Positions 9,837 to 22,620 of a DNA stretch of 64,000 nucleotides are shown here, piece after piece. Location: positions 7,006,001 to 7,070,000 of the forward strand of contig NC_090404.1 in the NCBI RefSeq assembly GCF_036365525.1. Reading direction: 5' to 3'. The notes below the pieces were generated by a model. That model had not been told where the DNA came from and did no database searches. It worked only from the letters and a program-made list of their open reading frames with translations. The position numbers and the translations under genes were made by a program. The stretch is from Heterodontus francisci (lineage: Eukaryota). Numbering within the stretch: the stretch's first letter is position 1; every line of letters begins with the position of its first letter.

Positions 9837-12800
9837 ATGGATACGGTTGTGGGGGACGACCTACCAGAGGAAAGCCACAGTGGCCAGGTCTCTGGCTCTG
9901 AGACTGGCACAGTGGCCCAGCAGGGAAGGGGGGAGAATAGGAGAGAGATAGTTTTAGGGATTCAATGGTCAGAGGAACAGACAGGAGATTCTGTGGTCGC
10001 GAACGAGACTCCCAGATGGTATGTTGCCTCCCGGGTGCCAGGATCAGGGATGACTCGGATCGAGTCCACAGGATTCTTAAGGGTGAAAGGGAGCAGCCAG
10101 AGGCCGTGGTACATCGGGTTGCATCTGAACTGGAGTGGCACCCATATCCTGGGTGGGAGGTTTGCGAGAGCTCTTTGGGAGGGTTTAAACTAGTTTGGCA
10201 GGGGGATGGGAACCGGAGCCACAGATCAGTGGATGGGGTAGCTGTTGAACAGGCAGATACCGAGTGCAGAGAGTCTGTGAGGAAAGTTAGACAGTTGACA
10301 GGGCAAAGATGCAGCCAGTATGATGGGTTGAAATGTATCTATTTTAATGCAAGAAGTGTCAGGAATAAGGGCGATGAACTTAGAGCATGGATCAGTACTT
10401 GCAGCTACGATGTTGTGGCCATTACGGAGACGTGGATATCACAGGGGCAGGAATGGATGTTGGATGTTCCGGGGTTTAGATGTTTCAAAAGGAAAAGGGA
10501 GGGAGGTAAAAGAGGTGGCGGAGTGGCATTGTTAATCAGGGATAGTATCACAGCTGCAGAAAGGGAGGTCGTCGAGGAGGGTTTGTCTACTGAGTCATTA
10601 TTGGTGGAAGTCAGAAACAGGAAAGGAGCAGTCACTTTGTTGGGAGTTTTCTATAGACCCCCCAATAGCAACAGAGATATGGAGGAACAGATTGGGAGGC
10701 AGATTTTGGAAAGGTGCAGAAGTAACAGGGTTGTTGTCATGGGTGACTTCAACTTCCCAAATATTGATTGGAACCTCCTTAGTGCAAATAGTTTGGATGG
10801 AGCAGTTTTTGTCAGGTGTATCCAGGAAGGTTTCCTGACTCAGTATGTAGATAGGCCGACTAGAGGGGAGACTATGTTGGACTTGGTGCTTGACAACGAA
10901 CCAGGCCAGGTGGCAGAACTCTCAGTGGGAGAGCATTTCGGTGAAAGTGATCACAACTCCCTGACCTTTACTATAGTCATGGAGAGGGACAGGAGCAGAC
11001 GGGATGAGAAAATATTTAATTGGGGGAGGGGGAATTACAATGCTATTAGGACGGAACTGGGGAGCATAAATTGGGAACAAATGTTCTCAGGGAAATGCAC
11101 GACAGAAATGTGGAGGTTGTTTAGGGAGCACTTGCTGCGACTGCTGGATAGGTTTGCCCCGATGAGGCAGGGAAGGGATGGTAGGGTGACGGAACCTTGG
11201 ATGACAAGAGATGTGGAACAGCTAGTCAAGAGGAAGAAGGAAGCTTACTTAAGATTGAGGAAGCAAGGATCAGACACGGCTCGAGAGCTTTACAAGGTAG
11301 CCAGGAAGGAACTGAAGAATGGACTTAGGAGAGCTAGAAGGGGACATGAAAAAGTCTTGGTGGGGAGGTTTAAGGACATTCCCAAGGCTTTCTACACTTA
11401 TGTTAAGAACAAGAGGATGGCCAGAGTGAGGCTAGGGCCGATCAGGGATAGTGGAGGGAACTTGTGCCTGGAGTCGGAGAAGGTAGGGGAGTTCCGAAAT
11501 GAATACTTTGCTTCAGTATTCACTAGTGAGAAGGACCTGGTGGTTTGTGAGGACAGCGTGGAACAGGCTGATATTCTCGAACAGATTGAGGTTAAGCGGG
11601 AGGATGTGCTGGAAATTTTGAATGATATGAGGACAGATAAGTCCCCGGGGCCAGACGGGAAATACCCAAGGATATCACGGGAAGCGAGGGAAGAGATTGC
11701 TGCGCCTTTGGCGATGATCTTTGCGACTTCACTGTCCACTGGAGTAGTACCAGATGATTGGAGGTTGGCAAATGTTGTTCCCTTGTTCAAGAAAGGGAAT
11801 AGGGATGACCCTGGGAATTATAGACCAGTCAGTCTTAGGTCGGTAGTGGGCAAATTATTGGAGAGGATTCTGAGAGACAGGATTTATGATTATTTGGAAA
11901 AGCATGGTTTGATTAGAGACAGTCAGCATGGCTTTGTAAGGGGCAGGTCATGCCTCACAAGACTTATTGAATTCTTTGAGGATGTGACAAAACACATTGA
12001 TGAAGGAAGAGCAGTGGATGTGGTGTATATGGATTCTAGCAAGGCGTTTGATAAGGTTCCCCATGGTAGGCTCATTCAGAAAGTAAGGAGGCATGGGATT
12101 CAGGGAACGTTGGCTGTCTGGATACAAAATTGGCTGGCCCATAGAAGTCAGAGGGTGGTAGTAGATGGAAAGTATTCAGCATGGAGCTCGGTGACCAGTG
12201 GTGTTCCACTAGGATCTGTTCTGGGACCTCTGCTCTTTGTGATTTTTATAAATGACTTGGATGAGGAAGTTGAAGGCTGGGTTAGCAAGTTTGCCGATGA
12301 CACGAAGGTTGCTGGATTTGTGGATAGTGTGGAAGGCTGTTGTAGGTTGCAACTGGACATTGACAGGATGCAGAGCTGGGCTGAGAAGTGGCACATGGAG
12401 TTCAACCTGGAAAAGTGTGAAGTGATTCATTTTGGAAGGTCGAATTTGAATGTGGAATAGAGGCTTAAAGACAGGATTCTTGGTTGCGTGGAGGAACAGA
12501 GGGATCTTGGGGTCCATGTCCATAGATCGCTCAAAGTTGCCACCCAAGTTGATAGGCTTGTTAAGAAGGCGTCTGGCGTGTTGGCTTTCATTAACAGGGG
12601 GATTGAGTTTAAGAGCCGCGATGTTATGCTGCAGCTCTATAAGTCCCTGGTTCGACCACACTTGGAATATTGTGTTCAGTTCTGGTCGCCTCATTATAGG
12701 AAGAATGTGGAAGCTTTAGAGAGGGTGCAGAGGATATTTACCAGGATGCGGCCTGGACTGGAGGGCACGTCCTACGAAGGAAGATTGAGGGAGCTAGGGC

Positions 12801-13197
12801 TTTTCTCATTGGAGTGAAGAAGGATGAGAGGTGACTTGATAGAGGGGTCCACGATGATGAGAAACATAGATAGAGTGGATAGTCAGAGACTTTTTCCCAG
12901 GGTGGAAAGAGCTATCACCAGGGGGCATAATTTTAAGGTGATTGGAGGAAGATTTCGGGGCGATGTCAGAGGTAGGTTCTTAACACAGAGAGTGGTGGGT
13001 GCGAGAAATGCGCTGCCAGCGGTGGTAGTAGAAGCCGATACATTAGGGGCATTTAAGCGACTCTTGGATTGGTACATGGATGATAGTAGAATGAAGGGTA
13101 GGTAGTTAGTTTGATCTTAGAGTAGGTTAAAGATTCGGCACAACATCGTGGGCCGAAGGGCCTGTACTGTGCTGTACTGTTCTATGTTCTTTGTTCT
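9837..13197 (+). mobile_element. CR1-type LINE: internally deleted ORF1 esterase (SGNH) remnant plus near-intact ORF2 (APE endonuclease and RT)
   Basis: VCCLPGARI; YFNARS, ITETW, GDFN, SDH; QHGF, KAFDKVPH, GVPLGSVLGP, FADD; ORFs 9965-12460, 12488-12817 and 12824-13105 share one frame; GTTCT-type tail. Confidence 0.95.
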
Positions 13198-13559
13198 GTA
13201 CACAAAACACGCTCTCTGCCTGTTAAGTTAGACGCACACACATGCTCCACTTTTCTGGTATGCACATGCAGAATCTCTGCTTCCTACCTTTCTACTGTGC
13301 CCGTGACCCCTGCTCCTCTGTCACCTGTTTTCCTGATGACCTTTAACTCTGCTCCGCTACATTCCCTCTGATACCATCTCCCTGAACACGCTGAACAGCA
13401 CCCTAGGGATCCGCCATTAAGAAGCTGAATTGTTCTCTACCTCCTTCACAGACTCACCGGATGTTTTTGACGCCTCCCAGCCAAGGGAACATCTTCAGAG
13501 ATTTCTGATCAGGTCCGAGGATCTTCCAAAATTTTCCTTCTAATGCGGAGCCGCATTTC

Positions 13560-14490
13560 CTCCATCTTCAGCTGCTTCATCAATGACCTTCCGACAATCA
13601 TAAGCTGAGAAGTGGGGATGTTTGCTGCTGATGGCACAATGATCAGCACCTTTAGCAACTCCTCAGATACTGAGACAGTCCGTGTAGAAATGCAACAAGA
13701 CTTGAACAATATTCAGGCCTGGGCTGATAAGTGGCAAGTAACACTCATGCCACACAAGTGCCAGTCAATGAAGATCTCCAACAAGAGCGATTCTAACCAT
13801 CTCATCCTGACATCCAAGGGAATTATGGTCGCTGAATCCTCCATTATCAACATTTTGGGCTTACTATTGACAAGAAGCTGAACAGGAGTAGCCATAGAAA
13901 TACCAAGGTTCGGAATTCTGCGGCGAGTAACTCACCTCCTGACTCACCAAAGCCTGTCCACAATCTGCAAGGAAAAAGTCAGGAGTGTGATGGAATATTC
14001 CCCAGTTGCCTGGATGGGTGCAGCTCCAATAACCTTTAAGAAACTCGACGCCTTCCAGGACAAAGCAACCCGCTTAGATTGTCACCCCATCCACTAACAT
14101 TCACTCCCTCCACCACCGACGCATAGTGGCAGCAGTGTGTACCATCTACAAGATGCACTGCAGCAACTCACCAAGGCTTCTTGGACAGCACGTTCCAAAC
14201 CCGCGACCTCTACCAACTCGAAGGACAAGAGCAGCAGATGCATGGAAACACCACCAACTGCAAGTTCCCCTCCAAGCCACATGCCATCCTGTCTTGGAAC
14301 TATATCGCCGTTTCTTCACTGTAACTGGATGAAAATCCTGGAACTCGCTTCCTAACAGCACTTTGGATGTACCGACACCAGAAGGACTGCAGCGGTTCAA
14401 TAAGGCAGCTCATCACCAGCTTCTCGAGGGCAATTAGGGATGGGCAATAAACACACACCTGACCAGCGATGCCCACATCCCATGAAGGAA
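13560..14490 (+). mobile_element. CR1/L2-superfamily LINE (second family), 3' fragment
   Basis: FSCFINDLP...GMFAADG RT motif; 3' tail GGGCAATTAGGGATGGGC...CACATCCCATGAA. Confidence 0.8.
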
Positions 14491-14839
14491 TTACAAAACA
14501 ACTGATATTCAGGTGTCAGGTCTCCTGTGGGTGAATATGATATCAGGTTAAGGGAGGGAAGATTTAACGGCCCTTTGAAGGGCTCGGAATGATATTTGGG
14601 AATGGGTGGTGTTGATGCCTGAACTCTTTCTCTGTCCCAATCTCTCTGCTCCCTCATCCCCCACCACTATCATTTGGGGCCGTCCTGTCCTCTAAGCTAC
14701 ATTTATCTTGAATTGCCCTCATTGTCTCACTCTCTGTCCCTCTGACCTTTCCCCAGACTGGGTCAGTCTCATTGGTGCACGGCCCCTTTAAGATGCTGGA
14801 TAAACCTGCCATGAGTCAGAGATTACAGGGGCTGCGCGG

Positions 14840-15100
14840 AGGCTGGAGATGGCCGTGGCTCACTGACGCTCAATGAATTGGGGAAATAACCAATCATAGT
14901 GCGGTGACGTGATGTAACAATTATTCCGCCATCCACAGCTGGTCCAACTGGCCTCCACCGTGGTTCTGAGACGGAAGCTCCACCATTTTTCCATGACGGA
15001 CGCTCCGACACCTCTGTGTGGCGTACGGTCGGCCATGTTTCAGTGACGTCACAGGGTGTTTGGCGTTTATTAAAAAGAACAATTCGATTGAAAGGAAAAC
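14840..15100 (+). promoter_or_regulatory. CpG-rich CRE/YY1/TATA-like element in the cluster A 3' flank
   Basis: GCCATGTT 15032-15039, TGACGTCA 15044-15051, TTTATTAAAAAG at about 15066; homologous (inverted) to 32640-32850. Confidence 0.4.
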
Positions 15101-15379
15101 TGAATTCAGTTTCTATCAAAATTGTTGTTCCATATGCACCTATAAAAGTGAAGGTTTCGTCCGGTATCTCAATACATAAAGATGTGGATAAACAGTTGTC
15201 GTTGGGCACATGTGCTGTCCGGTCTCCCAGAGTACAGCGCGACCCATCCTTTCGCAACTGCTGTGAATTGTGGGAGCGACAGCCCTCCATGGCCCAGTCA
15301 TTAACTGAGTAAATCCAAACTCAACCACCCTTCCATCCGGGTATTGCCAGGGTTGTTATCCTGGACAGACTTAAAAGTG

Positions 15380-17350
15380 AGGTGGCAACCTGGTGAAGCA
15401 ACAACAGTCATTCATGGTAAACAGTGACAGTAGCATGCTAGAGTCAGAGGTAAGTGATACCACAACCAATGGATCAGATCAAAGCTCTGCGGACCTGCGA
15501 CATGAACATGAAGCAAATAACCAAAGGAGGAGGCTCCAAAAAGATCCTCATCCTCAATGATGGGGAAGACCAGCATGTCACTGCAAAAGACAAGACAATT
15601 TACAACCATCTTCAGCCAGAAATGCTGAGTGGATGATTGCTCTCAGTCTCCTCCTGAGGTCCCCAGCATCGAGGATGCCAGTCTTCAGCTAATTCAAAGA
15701 ACAAAGAACAGTACAGCACTGCCACAGGCCATTCGGCATTCCAAGCCTGCGCCGTATTGATGCCTGTCTAAACTAAAACCTTCGAAATTCAATTCACTCC
15801 ACGTGATATCAACAAAACGGCTGATGGCACTGACATCCCAGCTGCAGTATCGAAGACCTGTGCTCCAGAACTGGCTTTACCGCGAGCCAAGTTGTTCCAG
15901 TACATTTACAGCACCTGCATCTACCCGGCAATGTGGAAAATTGTCCAGGTATGTCTTGTCCGCTAAAAGTAAGACAATTCAGCCCGGCTAATTACCACCC
16001 CATCAGTCCATTTTCAAACATTAGCAAAGTAATGGAAGGTTTCATTGGCAGTGATATCGACTGGCAGTTTCTCAGCAAAAACCAGCTCACCGATTCTCAG
16101 TTTAGGTTCAGCAAGGGCCACTTGACTCCAAACTTCATTACAGCCTGGGTATATACATGGACCAAGGAGCTGACTTCCAGGGCTGAGATGGGAGTGACTG
16201 CCTTTGACATCAAGGCAGCATTTGACTGAGTGTGGTAACAAAGACTCTCGCAAAATTGAAGTCAATGGGAATCAGGGAGAAAATACTGCACTGGCTGTAG
16301 TCAAACCTAGCACAAATGATTGTGGTTGTTCGAGGTCACTCACCACAGCCCCAGGAAATCAATGCAGGAGTTCCTCAGTGTAGTGTCCTCGGCCCAACCA
16401 CCTTCAGCTGTTTCATCAATGATTTTCTCTCCATCATAAGGTCAGAGACTGGGATCATCGTTGATGATTGTAGTGTTCAGTATCATTCATGTCTCCTCCA
16501 GATATGAAGCATTCTGCCCCTGCATGCATCAAGATCTGGACAGCATTCAGTCTTACGTTGTTAAGTGACAAATAACGTTCGCGCCACCCAGGTGCCAGGC
16601 AAGGACAATCCCCAACAAGAGAGAATCTGACCATCTCCCATTCACGTTCAATTAAATGACCATCACTGTATTCCCCACCATCAACGTTCTGTGAATTAAT
16701 ATTAACAGGAAACTTAACTGGACAAGACATATAAATACTGTGGCTACACGAGCAGGTCAGAGGCTAGGAATCCTGGGTCGAGGAACTCACCTCTTGACTT
16801 CCCAAAGCCTGTCCACCATTTAGAAGGTACATGTCAGGAGTGTGATGGAATACTCTCAACATTCCTGAATGACTGGGGCTCTAACAACACTCAAGAAGCT
16901 CGACACAATCCAGGACAAAGCAACCCGCTTCATCAGCACACCATACACAACATTAAACATTCATTCCCTCCACCACTGGCGCAGAGTGGCAGTAGTGTGT
17001 ACCATCTACAAGATGCCCTGCAGCAACTCATCTCGGCTCCTTCGCCGGGACTTTTCAAATCCGTGACCTCACCCTACCTAGAACTGCAAGGGCAGGAAAC
17101 GCATGGGAACACCATCACCTGCAAATTCCCTTTCAAGCCACACATCATCCTGACGTGGATCTACATTGCCGTTCCTTCACTCTTGCTGGGTCAAAAACCT
17201 GGAACTCCGTCCCTAACAACACCGTGGGTGTTACTATACACAATGGACTGCAGCGGTTAAGAAAGCTGCTCACCACCACCTTCTCAAGGACATTTAGGGA
17301 TGGAAGACCAATGCTGACCTAGTCAGAGACTCTCATTTCCCATGAAATAA
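15380..17350 (+). mobile_element. Decayed CR1/L2-superfamily LINE (second family)
   Basis: NYHPIS, DIKAAFD and GVPQCSVLGP fragments; same 3' tail as 14490 and 31630. Confidence 0.8.
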
Positions 17351-18659
17351 TAAAAAAACAGACTGCAGTGTCCTGCGGAGCGGAGAGAACCTCTGAGCAG
17401 ATTGCAGACTGAATCCAGAACATCACAAAGGTGGTGTCTGCTCATCAACCAAACACGGATTGAAGCAAAGAAATGGAAATAGGAAACTCTGCTGATCCCC
17501 GTGGAAGCAGGATGACCATAAATGTAACCCCGAGAGTGATATATCACACAGAAGAAGTAGTTTTACTTTATATAATAGAAAGGGAGAGACTTTAATTTAT
17601 GTCGCACCTTTCACGGCTTCAGGACGTCCAAAAGCGTCTTATAGTTAAGGAAAAACGTTTCAGGTGTAGTTACTGTTCCAATGCAGGTAATATTATTGAC
17701 ATAGAGTGAGGTCAGAATACTTTTACAGAACATTTTGTCAATCTGACCCTGGTGGATGTGAAGGGATTTGGAAATGCCGATACTTTCCCGATAATTCCAA
17801 TTGATCATCAATAATAAAAACAATATCGGATCACAAAAAAAATCGATGCAATTGTCTGCCGGTCTGTCTGTTTATAACACATTGAAATACCGTTCCGAAC
17901 GGAACAATTGTTATCCTTCTTCAGACTATACAGTGACAATGGGTGAATGAAAAACATTGATTGCAGCACTTCACTGTTTCAGTCAACCGTGCCGTGACAC
18001 CTGTGATTTAACCTTGCTGTCAATACACCGCCCTGTGCAGTATTCCCACACAAAAGTAATGCCTGTAATCTCCAGCTGTCACCTGTGAAACCACGAAACT
18101 GACGGCTTGACGTTTGGCCAAAAATGAGGTGCTGGAGCGCCATCGAGTGGCGTCAGGCGGTAAATGAAATACTGACTGAAAAATGTGGATTCTCAATTTA
18201 CTCACCAAACTGCTGCATTATCACGTTGAACTATTATTATGCTGGAGTTCTATAGTTGTCACTGTTTTATTTTTATTATCACTGTAACTGCTGTCATTTT
18301 ATTGGTTTGCAGTTACTACCGTTGCTATTTTATAATAATTCTGAGATTTCTTGTCTCAGTTTACGGGTGTGATCATGTCACGAACACATTACACGCGCAT
18401 TCGCAAACATTAGCAGAACTTAGCGTTAATAATTCCTCGGTTCATATGATTGGATTTCTAATTTGCTTGGACTAGAAGTCTTTCAACCTCTCGAATCATC
18501 AAATACGAAGATCAAGCAACATTCAGAAACTCCATGAAGCGAAGGTGATTAATATTTTGCTGTTGAGGTTTAATCTGTATGTTGAACCCAACACGATATA
18601 AAAATGTAAATCAATTTCATTGCATATCAAACAATTCCAGTTGGCATCATTAGGAGTTA

Positions 18660-18920
18660 AGAGAGCAAAGCTCTCTGTGAACTATCCAATCAGACACTCC
18701 GAGAGTCGGTACAACATGGGTTAGATTCAGAGTAAAGCTCCCTCAACACTGTCCTTTCAAACACTGCCAACGGAGGTATAGCACGGGTTAGGAAGAGAGT
18801 AAAGCTGCCTCTGCGCTGCCCCATCAAACACTCCCAAGATGAGTACAACACGGGTTAGGTACAGAGTAAAGCTCCCTCTGCGCTGCCCCATCAAACACTC
18901 CCAGGGCAGGTACAGCATTG
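18660..18920 (+). repeat. ~63-bp tandem repeat array (about 4 units)
   Basis: GAGTAAAGCTCCCTCTGCGCTGCCCCATCAAACACTCCC units. Confidence 0.8.
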
Positions 18921-20745
18921 GGATTGGCTGGTCAATTTGGAGCACTTCCTGCCAGCAATCAGGGGGAGCAGCTGCACCTGTGTTGCAGCAATTGCAGAGT
19001 GGAGAGTGGAGACTGCAACAACTGGGGAGAGGAGAGTGGAATAACTGCAAAGAGGTGACTATAGAGTGGAGACAGCTGCATTTCCTGAGGAACTGTTGCA
19101 CTTTTTCAAAGATTAAGAAGACCTGCAAATCATTTTGGAGATGTGGTTGTTGGAGCACCAGAGAACTGTTGGTTGTTTGGACTGCTGGGGGAGGGAGGAG
19201 GCACCGGAAGATCCAGAGGTGGGGCTGCCAAATTCTATAGGGAGCCCTTGTATTTGGTCTTGTGTTTATCTGCCATCCTGCACAGAAGGGGCTCCCTCCC
19301 CACCCCCAACTGTGTGGCTCGGGACGGCTGGAGCTGCCCGGCTGAAGACTAGCTTAATACAACAACAGAAAAGGGAGAGAACCGGGCGGCTCTAGCCGAC
19401 CCGGGCGAAGAGCCCTCCCCTAACTGGAAGATTGAACTGTAGACTCTGCAGGAAGTTGCTGCAACCACCAAGTGAACTGTAACATCCTCGCAAGTGTTCT
19501 CTCTCTTCTATCACTCGGCCACCTATCCTCTCCTCTCCTTGTCCTTTTCAACCCTATCCTCCTCTACTCCCATCCTCACCTCCCCCATCATATTGTTTGT
19601 GTTTAAGAAAACTGTCGTGTGCTTTGTTTCTTGGGGGTGGGCGTAGCTCTGCGACCCCATGGTAAGCCCCTCTTCGCCGGTGGCGGGGCCTTCCCGTTCA
19701 TATGCTGCTGCGGCTGCTGCAGCTGCAGCTGTTGCCCCGTCACCGTTTGCTTTATTAACATCGAAGAATGGGGTCAAGTGCTACGTCCACCCGAACATGA
19801 CTATCGAGACATGCGTGAAAGCAATGGCCGAGGTTGTCGGCCCGTCGGCCATTGTTGCAGCCTCTAAAATGTATGGGAAGGCAGTGTTGTGGAGGGCCAG
19901 GTGCACTTCCACTCCCTCCTCACAGTGAGGTGTTTGTGACGGATTTTAAGTACCTTTGACATGAAGATAACCATAGCCAGCCTCAACATCAACGGCAGCA
20001 GAGGGGCTCACCGCAGATTTCACAATCTCTCAGTCCTTAGGGAAGGGAGATACACGGTGAGCTTTCTGCAGGAAACCCACACCGTTCCAGGAGACAAAGC
20101 CACCTGGCTCCTGGAGTGGCAGGGTGGGGTCTACATGAGTCACCTCACCCCTATTTCTGGTGGCGTGGCTATCTTGTTGGCCCCGACTTTTCAGCCGGAG
20201 ATCTTGGGGATCAAGGAGCTAGTGCCGGGCCACTTGCTCCATGTCGCCATTCACCTGGGTCGCGTGCCGCTCCACTTTGTGAACGTGTACGCGCCCAGGC
20301 CCGGCGCGTTGCAAGCGCGCTTCTTTGAAGAAGTGGCCGCTCTCTTGAGCTCCATCGATCGCGGCGAGTGCATCATCCTCGGGGGGGATTTTAACTGCAC
20401 CCTCGAGGTGGGGGATCGCTCCGGTCCCGAGCGCGGCCAAGCGTCGGTGGAGAAGTTGAGGGGACTGATCAGCTCCCTTAACTTGGTGGATGTGTGGCGG
20501 AATGTCCATCCCGACTCCAGCGCCTTCACGTGGAGGTCTGGAGGAGTGGGGTCGCGAATTGATCGCCTCTACATTTCGCAGGCGTACGTCTCCTGCATCT
20601 CGGCGGCCTCCATGCGGCTGGTGCCTTGCTCGGACCACCGCCTGATGTGGGCGGAGTTCAGTCCGCTCCGCACGCGGGTGGGGTCCGCGTACTGGCACTT
20701 TAACAACCGGCTGCTGGAGGACGTGCGATTTCGGGACTCGTTCTG
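18921..20745 (+). mobile_element. Tx1/L1-clade retrotransposon 5' part: UTR, deleted ORF1 (from 19659) and ORF2 endonuclease (from 19961)
   Basis: ORF1 TIETCVKAMAEVVGPSAIVAASKMYGKAV; ORF2 MKITIASLNING...LQETH...NVYAP...GGDFN...RIDRLY...SDH...YWHFNNRLL. Confidence 0.85.
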
Positions 20746-21449
20746 TCGAAAAATACAGAGACATTTATCAACCCGACTGCAGGTCAGAGACTCTGCTTTC
20801 CCCCAATATAGCAGAGGTTTGTTATTCAAACGGCGCTTTGGTCAGTCCAATGCCTCGCACCTACCAAGTAACAGCTTTCTGTGTCACAGACCCCGCCAGT
20901 TATGGAAGAGTCCAAGAATAGTTGTCTGTGTCCAGGGTGAAGGTGTTGGTGGTGGTGATGGGGCGTGCTGTTGCGTCTGTCACGTGGCAGTCTCCTGAAT
21001 GTTCCTTCCCAGGTCTCTGTGAGGCCACTGCCTTTGAGAACTGAGTCTAAGGGCTTCCCTCTGGGGATCATCTTTTGACCATTACTTCCAGGCAGGTACT
21101 GAGCTGATCCAGCAAGGGAACCCGCACTCACCTGCACAGGGACTTTGAGCAGATCTTCCTTTCATCCAATCACTTGTATTATTCTAATTCACAAGAACAA
21201 TTGTTTTATTTCAATTTGTTCTTTCTTTTTTTCTGTTACCTATCTGTTCTTTCAACTTCTCTTTCAAATGATTTTCTCCATCAGCTTTTTATGGCAATGG
21301 GGGTATCTGGGGATTGTGAAGGAAATTGGGGAGATGGGGAGAAAGGGATAAATGGAAAAACGGAATGATGGGGATAAACATTAGTTAAAAACTTCGGACA
21401 AGGAGCAGAAAAAAAAAGATGGTTAAAGTTATGAAAAAATTCAATGAAA

Positions 21450-22060
21450 GGAAGATCTGAGCAATTTACCAGTGGAAGTGAGTGAGGCTTCCACGGGAGA
21501 TCAGTTCTATATTTGTATGTCCTCAATGTTTAAAATCTGAACAACGTACCTGTGCAGGCGAGTAAGGTCATCTCTGTGCATTAATCCAGATCTGTCTGTA
21601 TTCAATGGTTAAAATCTTAACAATGTAACTGTGCAGATGAGTGAGGCTCCCCACAGCAGATCAGCTCAGTGTCTCTCAATTTTCAATGGTTAACACTACA
21701 GGTAATGTACCTGTGGAAGTGGAAGAGGCACCCTCTGTGCATTGTCACAGTGCATGTCTGCTCTCAATTTTTAAATTTTTAATCAATTTCCCTGTGCAGA
21801 TGGATGAAGCTCCCCTCGGTGGATCATCTCAGACCCTCTCTATACACCACAGTTAACTATCTGAGCAATGCACTTTGTAGATGCGTGAAGCGCCTTACGA
21901 TGGATCAGTTCAACGCCTGCCTGGTCTGAATTGTTCGAGATCTACGCCAATGCATCAGCACCATACCAGTCTGGTTCAATGATTGAAGACATGAGCAATT
22001 TCCTGTGCAGATGGATGAGGCGCATCAGTTCAGTGCCTGTCTGCTTTCAGTGGTTAATTA
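21450..22060. repeat. Degenerate ~80-bp tandem repeat, about 8 units
   Basis: ATCTGAGCAAT...CTGTGCAGATG(A/G)GTGAGGC...GATCAG recurs at about 21455, 21535, 21613, 21695, 21777, 21859 and 21940. Confidence 0.7.
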
Positions 22061-22379
22061 TTTGATCAGTAGTGCTGTGAATGCCTCCACCATAGATCTG
22101 CCCTGTGCCTGTCTGCATACCTTGACAGAGCTGCCAAATGAGGAACATCGATAAAGGAGAGACTGATCACAGTGATGATGAGAGACACCAACAGAGGGCG
22201 AAAGATAAAGGTGAGACGGAGTACAGTAATACAACTTGCACTGATGTATCAGCTCATTACCCTCTGCGGGAGTTACCAACGTATTTGAAGTGTAACTAAT
22301 TACAGATGAACGTGGCGATTTGTGCACATAAACATCGACAATAAAGCATAGTTTTCAATTCCCGTTAATGTAATTTTGT

Positions 22380-22620
22380 TGATCTCGATTAAAGGGAGGA
22401 ATGTTGACCAGGACACAACATGGAAACATGGGCGCTTTAATGCCCACCTCAACAGAAAACGGGTGGTCGAAAGATTATTGTTTCACATTGTCCCTGGAAA
22501 GTTTGTGCCCTTTCAGCACTGCACCAACTGGAAACCTAGTTAGTATGCTCAGGTTCTGAATTTGAGGTGGAATCCACAATCTACTGATTCTGAAATCAGA
22601 ATCAAATCACTTTATCCAAG
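22380..22620 (-). mobile_element. Degenerate Deu-domain SINE fragment
   Basis: Reverse complement resembles 58297-58770 (GTGTCCTGGTCAACATT, CCCATG). Confidence 0.45.

Noticed and set aside
17719-17820. Possible terminal exon HFVNLTLVD...* followed by AATAAA, reminiscent of an Ig secretory tail
   Set aside because: No penultimate Cys and no adjacent C domain.
18020-18208. Minus-strand ORF with V-like VSQVTAGDYRHYFC followed by CACAGGG, and LTFGQ on the + strand
   Set aside because: No first Cys, no WY motif, no nonamer and no FGXG; likely chance.
21450-22060. Regularly spaced repeats resembling a CRISPR array
   Set aside because: Vertebrate DNA; whole units are degenerate copies with no unique spacers and no cas genes.
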